DNA from: Balanoglossus misakiensis
Taxonomy: Eukaryota; Animalia; Hemichordata
Assembly: GCA_040954595.2 (NCBI GenBank)
Contig: CM082577.2
Location: forward strand, 4,762,301-4,826,300
Direction: 5' to 3'
DNA: 64,000 nucleotides
Shown: positions 10,348-20,570 of the stretch, piece by piece
Layout: each line of letters begins with the position of its first letter
Position numbering within the stretch: the stretch's first letter is position 1
The notes under the pieces: generated by a model
The model's input: the letters and a program-made list of their open reading frames with translations, nothing else
The model's database searches: none
What the model was told of the DNA's origin: nothing
Program-made: the position numbers and the translations under genes

Positions 10348-13300
10348 TCACACGCTGTCGTGCTGGGGTTCCTGACAGGATATGATGTCACATGTAGCCT
10401 GTGCCTGTCTGATGGAGTACATGATGGCAGAGTCCAGGTGTATGGTGTACGGCTGGATCTGGAGGACATCCCCAACATCGAAGGCCTTCATCTCTGTGTC
10501 CAGCAGCTTCTCGAAGAGTTCGGGATCCCCGTCGAGCGTGATCAGCATTTTCCAGTCTCTGGGCTTGTCCAGCCTACCTCTCACGTGATTGAATATGTCC
10601 TTCAGCTTGTCCGAACGCTGCACCGCGTGACCCAACTTCACGCCGAGGTCCTGCTTCTCAAGATTGTCCTCGATGTAGTGGATCATGCAAGTGGTCCGGT
10701 AAGGCCACTGGTCGAGAAGTACGGTCCAGAGAACTAGCTCACTGGGTAGAAACTCGGGTGGTCGTCTGGATATCTTCAGCAGGTGAGCTGTGATGCAGAG
10801 AAGGTTGTAGATGTTCTTGATGCTCCTGGGGCATCCCCGGATGTACTTCAGAACGCCGTTGTCCAGCTCCGCTAACAGGTCCTTCATGAAGCTATCGTCA
10901 TCGGTCACCTCAGTGTGGACTTCCAGAAGTTCTATGTTCTCTTCTTCAATCCCATTGTAATCTCTTCTCGTCGGCTGGTTTCTTGTCTTGTTACCATGAC
11001 CTCTTCTCGCCCCTTTCTCCGCGAGATTTCCCCTGTTCTCGGAACCATCGCTCTTCAGCTGCCGCAGGTAAGACTGCTTTCGGTTCAAGGTCATCATGGG
11101 AACACAGAAGCGTATCTGCAGGAATCGCTTGAGATACTCGTGTCCCGTCAGATAACTCCGCTCGGAGACCGTGCCGAGGCGCTTTTCGATGGCCCCGGCC
11201 ATGATCCGTGCATCCACAGCTAAGATGCATATGAAGGGCGAGTTTTCGTCGGACAGCAAGACCTCCATTGCGTCGATCACATCAACTGCTTTGTCGGCGG
11301 AGCAGCTGTCCAGGTCGTCCACTGTTATGACAACCCGAACCGGTTTCTTCTTGTACCGTGCAATCCAGTTGATCAGGGAGGACGCAATCAGCACCTCGCG
11401 CTTTATATCAGCCATGTAGCCCAGTTTGTCTGCAAAGTTGGGTTTGTTCACCATACTCTCGATCTTTGCCTTTTGGGATTTGATCAAAGTCGCGACGGCG
11501 TTGACGACGTTTTTGATGTTAACGACCACGGTCATGCTCAGAAATGCCAGAATGGCCCCCTCTATGGCAATAATTGCGTTACCGATGGTGGCGGAGTCTT
11601 CTCCCGGGGAGGTGCTGTTTGTAGCAGGCTGCCCGCCCACCTGGATTTCACCAGTACCGATCAGGACGGCAAGAACAACGCCGACAACGAGAAGAACGAG
11701 AAAACAAGCCAACAAAATGAAGTTTGAAATCGGTACGATCACTGTGGTCTTGCGGGCGACGAGCTCGACATCTTCATCGTCGGATTTCACGTGAACGGCG
11801 AGCTCGCTTGGCTTTGCGACGATTCTGAAGAATCTGGTTTTCCAGTAGCCGGCGTACCCTTCGATTTTGCCGACAAGGTTTGTGACGATTCCCGCCCAAA
11901 GGATGTTGGAACCGGCATACTCCCAGGCGTTGAATTTCACGAAGATGAAATCGGTTTCGTTCGTTTCAAAATGTTCCCGTGGCAGAGGCGGAAGGTAGAA
12001 GATGATCAACAGCAGCAGCTTCAGTTCACTCCACAGACCAGTCTTTGTGACTCGATAGGCCCTTTGCATTTCGCTCAAAATTCCTAAAGAAGACGATGGA
12101 GAAGAAGAAGAAGTGAATAACAGCCAGAATAATAGTGTATTCAATATTTTTTTGTGATAAGTGCCTTTGTGCCGCTTCGAATGCATGCGCTCACCTGTGA
12201 GTAATTTCAGCAAATGGGTTTTACCAACACCGTGGGGGCCTAATATCCCGACCGTAAGAGGCGTTGGTAACTTTGTGCTGTACAGAGCATCAGCAAGTCC
12301 TTTGGCATATCTGGTGTGTCCCACGGAATCTTGGTGCGGGTTTCGGTCGTTTTGGAGATCAAAGCCAATGGACCCTCGCCTCCAAGTTTCTGTTGAAAAC
12401 GATAATAATTTACATTCCGTCATCTAAAACCCTCTACATTCAGTTCACTAAACACACAAAACAAGATGGCGCCAAACTTTGCCAGGAAAGGGTACTATCC
12501 CACCTGTGTCTGGCAGTGGCACATCGTTATCGTTGGTGGCGTTGGTTACGTTGGTTAGTCTGCAGTGTACCACGTGTTCCAACGTCGAGCTGGCGCGTTG
12601 GAGAGGAGCCTCGCCGTCGCCGCTCTTAACGTCCTCTAAGGATGGACACTTCTTCAGGAGTAAAATGGCCACTGTATCCGAGCCGCACTTGGAGGCGACG
12701 TGCAAAGCTGTTTCCTGTAAAGTAGATTAGACGTCACAGTACGTTAAAGGCCGACGATCGTCTTATGCGCATGTGCGTAATTTCGTGTGTACAAACATTA
12801 CGTCCAATCCAAATGTTCTGCAAATTATGCGTTTTGTCCCTTCTTTTCTCCCAATCTGCTGTCTTTCCCGAACTCCGAAATTGTCACCGCCATCTTGTCT
12901 AATGTTGTTAGGACAGCACACTGCCTTATGCCATTGACTGTATACAATTTTTGCAACCAGAGTCTCTGCACATGCTCATATATAGATGATCGTCGCCCTT
13001 TAACGAGCAACCACTTTCAGTCCAACTTTACATCACAGTCAATTTAAACGGCCCGTTCGAGAATGTGGCGGGCACAAGTATCCAGAACTCAGCCTACACT
13101 CACCTTTTCGGTGTTGACAAATTTTAGCTCCTCCGGGTCATACTCATCTAGTAGTTCGACGGTCCTGCCAACATCGTTCTTCATTGCAGCCGCCGACAGT
13201 TCGTTGGCCTGAAATGAACCGGGAAGCATCACGAGGGGTCGAGGAACGTGTGCATGTATAGCCTTGTTTATAGCTGCCTGATTTTGAGTCACAATACATA

Positions 13301-13759
13301 TTTTCCTGTAGCACGGTTTAAAATTCCAAACTTGTAAGAGACGCGGGGGTATCCATTGACTTTCTTTCGATGTGTTTATTTCGAACTGCGCTGCACTGCG
13401 GCTTACGTTTCCCATGAAAACTTACACCATTGTCAATAGGTAATTCAATATTCTTGAATTCCGCATGTTGAATTAGTTATACGTCCTCATCATTATAAAG
13501 TCCTTGTTCGCATTTTTGCTCTGATGTTCGCACGCTATCAACTCGTGTACACATAAAAGATGTATACTGGTCCGTGTGCATTCAACACTTCGAAGTATCC
13601 CAGAAAGCCGTCTGTTTCAGAAAATTCAGTAAAATTTACCTTGTCCTCCTCTGTTTCGCCACGACGAAGTCCAGCGTCGACAGCAAACAGCGGATCGCTG
13701 ATCTCGGTGGTCGACAATATGTTTGGCGGGCCGTGGTTCAAGTCATGTTCCGGAAACAT
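10348..13759 (-). CDS. NKPD1: Ankyrin-repeat + KAP-family P-loop NTPase with transmembrane helices (NKPD1-like), about 788 aa from the first in-frame ATG
   Basis: Exons: 13809-13640 (ATG at 13759), 13208-13104, 12714-12504, 12389-12195, 12083-10348. An upstream in-frame exon at 14194-14011 is also plausible. Ankyrin motif ETALHVASKCGSDTVAILLL; Walker A GPHGVGKT; FVKFNAWEYAGSNILWAG; two long hydrophobic segments; Walker B VVITVDDLDSC; PFICILAVD; WTVLLDQWPYR; LDGDPELFEK. These blocks match NKPD1/Kidins220 KAP proteins as I recall them. The symbol means NKPD1-like, not proven orthology. Confidence 0.85.
12748..12999. mobile_element. Non-autonomous DNA transposon with TTAA TSD and AGG...CCT termini (Kolobok-like), intronic
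   Basis: Left end TTAA-AGGCCGACGATCGTCTTATGCGCATGTGC; right end GCACATGCTCATATATAGATGATCGTCGCCCT-TTAA. Imperfect TIRs of about 30 bp. Confidence 0.7.
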
Positions 13760-14878
13760 AGCCGTCAAAATAAGAAAGGATGCGCCATTTTCTGGAAGCG
13801 GCACGATGCCTGTGTGGAGAAATAGGCGACGTGAAGAGCGACTACGGCGATAACACATATTTATGCTTTTGTACACAAAACAATTACACATTCATCATGC
13901 CAACAGGATAGACATGGGTTTACCTTAAAATTACTAGGCTTTCGTATCTAGAATTCTTTTGGGGCTATAAATACTTCGTACTGGACTGGAAGGGTAGCTA
14001 GATTCTTTACCTTGAATGCCATCTCTGGACCACGGCCTTCCCTCGCCGTCTCTGGTGAACAACCTCCATTTCACGGAGTCGTCAGAAATACACGTCAGTG
14101 TCCCATCTTTGATTCTGTAAGCACCGAACTCGAACTTCCAGGCAACCAAAGGAAATTCGTCTGGAGCTAAATGGGGAGAGTCATCGCTGACGTTCTGTGA
14201 ATACAACATAGTTTCAGTGCGTCAGGGTGATCAAATTGGTAAACATTGACGTACATACGCCGCATACCGCCAAGTCTCGTCGCCATTTCTTGTGCACGGC
14301 AGAAAAGCACACTACTTTGATATTGGGAGAGATTATTTCCAAAGGAAGAATTAAAAGGAAATAAGCAGCAACTTTGGGTTTTATTTCCAGTATTTTGTTC
14401 AGTGTATCAGTTGCAGTTTTGTGCTAGCTACTCCCAACAACATGCCAATATACCTAGTACTCCACTTACTGATTTGAATGCATGCAAGGGTTGTCGCTTA
14501 TCATTGGTCGTGTCCCAGACCCGGTCCAGACTTGGTTCAATTATAGTCAAATGTGTACGGGCGAAGGACCGGTCGAGTCGGTTGCAAACAACAAGGTCAA
14601 ATAATGCGGCCAAATAATGGGGTCAGATCAAATTATCCTGTTGTGCCGAGAACGTGTTTGATTCGCAAACTGCATGCATCCACACGTACGATTTATGACG
14701 TCATACTCTAGAAGGCAGTTTCTACGAAGGCCTGTCCGTGAGCGACATTTCCGCTTTTCTTTTTAACTGTTGAATGGGTTTACCTCTACAGTCAGTACTC
14801 ATTTTGATCGATCGCTAAGAAGTTCACTTAGTTCATTAGACGGAAGAGACTCCGAGGGACAATTCTCTCTCTTTTTGG

Positions 14879-15069
14879 GGGACTGGTCAGTTTCTTCGGC
14901 GGGGGGGGGGGGGTCATGGGGAGGTCACCCTGTTTTGGAATTGGGGGTCACCGGGGGTCACCCATTTTTCCTTGTTCAATGATGGGGTCAGTTACGTTTT
15001 GATATCCACAAAATAGAATCCACCCCCACCCCCCACCCCACCCCCCGGCCGAAGAAACTGACTAGTCCC
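14879..15069. mobile_element. Short MITE (Harbinger-like) upstream of the NKPD1-like gene
   Basis: TIRs GGGACTGGTCAGTTTCTTCGGC(G)n ... (C)nGGCCGAAGAAACTGACTAGTCCC. TTA follows the right end; the left TSD is degenerate. Confidence 0.7.
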
Positions 15070-17105
15070 TTAAAGCAGTGAAATGCGAAAATAACACTTG
15101 TTGTGTTGAGGACGTTGAACAATATTGGTGCATGACCCCCCCCCCCCCCCCCCACCCCTCAGCACGGATTATATAGCAGTTGAATTTCACAGCTCGGTAA
15201 ATTTCCGGTGGATTTCAGGTCTGACATTTACTTGCAATGTACTTTCACTTTCACGACGCAGAACATGCAAAAGAGTGTGTCGAAACGGGGCATACAAGTC
15301 CGCCGTCAAACATAATTTGAATTTGAGAGTTGTTGTCATGTATATGTCGTGTCATGTGCTGTGAAAATATGACGGGGTCGCTAACCTGCGAATAAGCCAT
15401 GTAGGTTGACGAGATCAGGCTGTGATCACAATAGTATATTAATATAAGCATACCTTGGTCAGTCTCGATCGTATCCCCCGTTGGTAGTACACAGACGACT
15501 CCCACCCAAGTTGTCCATGTACCCGGCCGCCGCCGCCGTCTCCACGGACATATTCGCGGCGATGTATCGAGTAGTGTAGCTTAAACCTGCCGGCGGAACG
15601 CTCGTTCTTATCGAGCGTGAAGACACCCCCCGAAGGTTTGCTAAATCGCTGTAATTTGAAGGAAAATGTCAGTTCTCTGCCGCGACCCTCAACTTAACCC
15701 CCTCCCGATATCCCCTGTTTCTTGTCCGGAGCTTTCGAAAGACGATTTTGTATATTCATGGTAAAATTACACAAATGAAATGGCCATGTGGTTATATTAC
15801 TCGCTTGAAGAAACAAACGTAACTTTTGTCAACATGCCAGCTGAGTTCACCCTTACTCATGTGGATTGTCCTTGTGGATTTCTTTTCAAGCAAGACCAGC
15901 CGCAGTTACAATTATTCAGTTCAAAACATTCATAATACTTACAAGATATATATTTTGGCGTGATACAATGTCTACACAACCGAATGAGTTTTAGATGAGA
16001 AGTTTCTAGACAAGGAGTGGGTTAATATTTACCGTTTGTTCGTAGCTGCGTGCCGATGCCGTGGCCATTATACCACCACTGTCCAGTGTGTCGTATGCAG
16101 AAATGATACACACGAGAGCATGTATATGCGGAAATACCCTGCAAGTGTGACGTGGTGTGAACGAATGCAAAGTACGTGTCGTTGTCATGGATATATGCCG
16201 TGGGAGAGAGGGGCGGGGAATGGTATCGAATAAAGAATAAACATTATTTCGCCACCATAATTCAAAATATCAAGTGCCACAGTCATATGCACCTCTCAGG
16301 GTCAGAATTCTTTTGGTTCTCACCAGAAAACTTCGGGAACATCTCTTTGATAACATAAGGTTTTGTTAATAATCACTGACATGACAAATGGTGCTGATTG
16401 GAAAACACTCTATTGCGCAATATCTTTGCGAACCCTTGAGTTCACATTACTGTGCCACATTGAGACAAATGCATGATTATCCCCCCCCCCCCCCCTCCCA
16501 TATGGCCACTGAAAACTTTGCGTCTCTTCTACGTCCTGAATATGCAACAAACCAGGACCCCGCGGGATTTTGGCTGCAGGCACCCAGGTGAATGTATTGA
16601 CGTTCGTACTGTCTATACCAGTTGGCCGATGTAGCTACCGCGTTTGCTACAGCTTCGGGGTCTAGAGGGGATGATGTAACTTGTGGCATCATGGATTAAA
16701 ATTCGTTCATTGACAGCATGCGTCGTTTGCGACTTCGTTAGACTCTGGAGAGGGTCTATGATTAGACGCGAGAGGACGAGAACTGAGGCCAAAATTGATA
16801 TCATCACACGTTGGATGTACCACAACAAGAACGTGTCCCAAAACTCTGAACCTAGGTTACCTTCGATATTCTCCACGGATCCTAGATAGGCTCCAACATG
16901 ACGTAATGAAAATGATCATGATAACACGGGGGCAAATAACACGTGACATGCGCTAACCCAAATTACTGAAATTGTAACTAGGGTTCTAAACTGACCGTCC
17001 ACGATCCATCCACTGAAACCGCGGTCTGTAATGAAATTTGGATATTAGGCTTTTTCCAATAAAAAAAGTCTTGTACCACGAGTTGTTTTTTATTCAATCT
17101 AAATG

Positions 17106-17430
17106 CTATGGATCCGGACCAGGGATGTTATATCTGACACGTGACTGTCGGATAGAACACAGAATGGCCGCCGCATCTGGATTTAAAGTATATGGAATTA
17201 TTTTATTATAGCCATTTTCAACGTCGAAGACTTCATCTCTGACTATAGGCAAGTCTACTTTATCCCTCGCGCGGCTAAGTGGGTCTTCCCGTTTGTCAGC
17301 TGAACCATGTGATCTTCGTGTCCAGCCAGGTAACTCTTTTCCGCGAGGAGCGCAGCGGCGATGATCTGCGCATCTGACGCTAAGATGCAAATGAAGGGGG
17401 CGGGGTTCTCACTGGGACAGCAGAGATGCA
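17106..17430 (-). pseudogene. Frameshifted, internally deleted fragment of a KAP NTPase (NKPD1-like) paralogue
   Basis: ENPAPFICILASDAQIIAAAL matches DENSPFICILAVDARIMAGAI of the intact gene. VFDVENGYNKIIPYTLNPDAAAILCSIRQS matches AFDVGDVLQIQPYTIHLDSAIMYSIRQA. The two blocks are in different frames and about 120 nt apart, versus about 700 nt in the intact copy. Confidence 0.75.
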
Positions 17431-17504
17431 AATATCATCGAACAGCCACCCGCCCACCTCTTGGCGTTTTGCATACCAGGGATAGCCAGGTGTGCACCGA
17501 CCTA

Positions 17505-17511
17505 ATATAAG
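17505..17511 (+). promoter_or_regulatory. TATA-like box upstream of the C-type lectin gene
   Basis: ATATAAG about 55 nt before the ATG at 17561. Confidence 0.35.
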
Positions 17512-17560
17512 TGATCACGCCAGCACGCCACGTTCATTCTTGAGTGGATTTGCGTCAGAC

Positions 17561-19409
17561 ATGTTGTTCTCGGTCGTCTTCGCTGCTATCGTTCTCCTAT
17601 CGACAGTGGAGTCGTCGGTATTCCGCGTGAGTAGGACTTCTTGTTTCGCTCATGACGTGCATTTTACGTGTGATTTGGTGGGGGGGGGGTTAGATGTCTG
17701 AGAAGGTGCGCTTTTTATTGGTGCCTCATTTCTACCGCCTGCTGAAAATAACATTCTTCACCGACTCTTCATGCATGCGCCAATGTGTTTTGCGTGGCCT
17801 GTCCAAGTTACAAATGAAGCTAACAAAGGAACCCTTGCGTCAAGACATAAGTGGTTCTCTGCAGACCTGGGACTGCATAGTTTGGTGACTGACGCATCGA
17901 AAATTACCAAGACAGTATCGATTTATCATAGTGCAATGTCCATTGTGTTCCTTTTCAGGACAACTTGAATGCTGTCGAAGATGTCGTTAAGAAATCCGAA
18001 GGCAAGTTACTTGTACAATTTCTAGTCGTCAGAACGCTCCTATTTCAGCGCATTCCAAACGCGAGGCCGCGATCTTTGAAGTTTGAAAGCGGCGCGGTTC
18101 TGACCGCGACTGATTTTCCGCAAGGTGCCGACACCCAAAAGTTGGTCTTGCAAAATACATGCTGTCCAGAAGAAAGCTGCTACAGTCTGGGCTGTCGACT
18201 TTTTGTCATAATTCTGGATTATCTCAATTTTTTTCTCATTGCAACCGCGTGCGTCTTTATTGTCCACGTCTTCTTGCATCGAGCAAACGTGTACCTGAAC
18301 GACTTGGTTTCCATGGAAAGTCACCAAGTCGGATAGCACTGGAAAGCTACAAATTCTAGCCACGCAAGAGAACCTATGTTCTGCACAGCTGGCCACTTTG
18401 TTTCTCTATCGTTTCCGAGTATGCCAATTCCGTGCACAGAAAAAATGTGGGTTGTTGTTTTTTTTTATTTCCGCGTTAAGAAACCAGAGCCTTCAGAACA
18501 GTCTCGTCTGCAGAATTTGTGTACCGAGAGGTTTCTATTACAACTGCATGGGCTTTCCCCTTTAATTTGTTGGCCTGAGTTCGATTTTCCGTCAAGCAAG
18601 TATCTTGGTTGAAGTCTTTTTTTTTTGTCTTCGGCACAATAGGAGAACAGTTGTTTGCCATTGTCAGTTCAGTGAAACTGCGGTGGGGATTTGCCAGCCA
18701 GTACTGTAATGACAACTACTACAAGGGCCGCCTGGCTGAAGTGACTAGCGAGGCTATCGAGAATCAAATCAAAGGCCAAATCTCGGAGATGACAGGAGGA
18801 GGCAAGTTTCTGTGGATCGGTTTGCACGACAGGTGGGAAGAAGGTGTCCTGGAGTGGAATGGCGGCCAGACACCTGTTGACTACACGGGCACATGGTTGA
18901 AGGGAGATCCGCAAAACAACAAATACCGTCACTGCGTAGAGTTGAGGTAAGAAATGCCAAAAACTGTTGCTGGAGGGCGCCCGTCGCGCAAAGACTTGAA
19001 GTCGCCGGATAGATGAATGTTCATGGAATATGACCAAATTCTTCTGTATCCATTGAAAGTCAACATGTCCCCTGCGCGCGCACACTACCTTAACATTTGA
19101 ATTTTCTTTTTTTAACAGATACGTAAACGGTGAGCTCTTCTGGCTTTTTGACTCGTGTACGACGCAGAGATTTTTCGTTTGCGAATATAGTCCTATGCCA
19201 CCTTCCACCCGGAAACACTTCCCCTATGGTTTGCGCCAAAGGTTAGTTTATGTGAATCGGGGTCTGTTGCTGATAAGTGTCGCGTGAACGACACCTTGTA
19301 GTTTTGAAGGAGATTCTGGGAACACTGTCCCCTGAATGTGTTCTACATTACTACGTTATTACCTATCGTTTGCTAAACTTTGAATTGTTTATTTTGCAGA
19401 GAATACTGA
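17561..19409 (+). CDS. Secreted single-domain C-type lectin-like protein, about 181 aa
   Basis: Exons: 17561-17626 (signal peptide MLFSVVFAAIVLLSTVES), 17959-18001 (GC donor AG|GCAAGT), 18643-18946, 19119-19241, 19400-19409. CTLD motifs WGFASQYC, GRLAEV, LWIGLHD, HCVEL, WLFDSC, FFVCEY. Exons 3-4 are secure; exons 2 and 5 are inferred. Confidence 0.85.
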
Positions 19410-20570
19410 GACTGCCACCAGCGCCGTGAGGTCCGCCCACATGTTTGTAAACCTTGAAGAGACACCATTGTTTTAATTTTAATTATCTCGAAATGTGTTT
19501 GGTGATAATAGCACGGAAATAAGGGAAGACGTTCAGAAAACTACCATCCATATCATACAAGTGGCCAACTTGAAAATGCGCAGCTTTAGCTCCATTCTGT
19601 GTTGCCACGAACGCTTATAGAAATCGTCAAACGGAAAGGAATTTTGTATAATTTAGTCAAATTTTTGACTTAAATATTTTATTTATATTAGGCCTAATTT
19701 TAGTTAAATCTGGCGCTTCCGCGTAAGCCTTTTTTCTGACATTTTTTTAACGTTTCATGTTTTTCCAAGAACTTTTAAAAATGATTAGGTTAGTATTATT
19801 AAGATGGGACATTCACAAGTCATGTTTGACAGGGCACATTCATAGCCTGTTTTTGAAGTCGCTCCCTAAATCAGTTTACGAAAATCCAGCAATGTTTTTC
19901 GCCTACATTTTTGTGCACATTTGATTATTTCTGTTCAGTAACATGCTTCTTTAATCTACGAAACACTTATGAAATGTAAATGTTACATTTTGGCTTGGAC
20001 TATTGGTGGCGTACTATAGATGACATCATTCTAAATAAATAAAAAATAACGCTGAATAAAAAAAATTAAGACGTCACGTTTTTACTCTGCAATTATTCTA
20101 AATGTCGAATGGAAGAACACGCACGCGAGATGCTTTGCTAGTTCGCCGAAAACCAAGTCCGAAATTGGACTATGAAATTTTTACTTGCTCTGGCCAGTCG
20201 GAACCCTCCACTTGGCATTTACAAAAGCAAATTGATTGACCCCCGGCACCAGGTTGACCAAATAACCAGTCCCAAACTCTCGCACATGCGCCTTTCGCCA
20301 CATCACATTATATGATCTCGGTGTCAAATTTCGACGCATACTGATGACTTGAACTGCTTTTTATTACTCGGATAAAATATTAATAAGACTGAAAGTTAAC
20401 GTGAACAGTAGCCAAGCCACAAAAATCTTAAACTAGTTCACAATCTGATAGTCTAGAGAAAGTAGCATTTATGTGATCACATTTATGTGATCGTAGTTTC
20501 TGTCCAAGTATTCCGCCGACAAACTGAATTATATTGTTTTTGTGCTGACAAGACATTGTGCCTCGAATTA

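Noticed and set aside
10342-11794. Plus-strand ORFs overlapping the KAP gene
   Set aside because: Antisense shadows of a GC3-rich CDS.
10348-12423. Horizontal transfer or a prokaryotic defence-system reading of the KAP NTPase
   Set aside because: The gene has spliceosomal introns and NKPD1-type animal motifs, and there is no operon context.
13209-13415. MGNVSRS start as the N-terminus of the ankyrin exon
   Set aside because: A good acceptor at 13209 and a phase-matched upstream exon suggest this part is intronic. An alternative start is not excluded.
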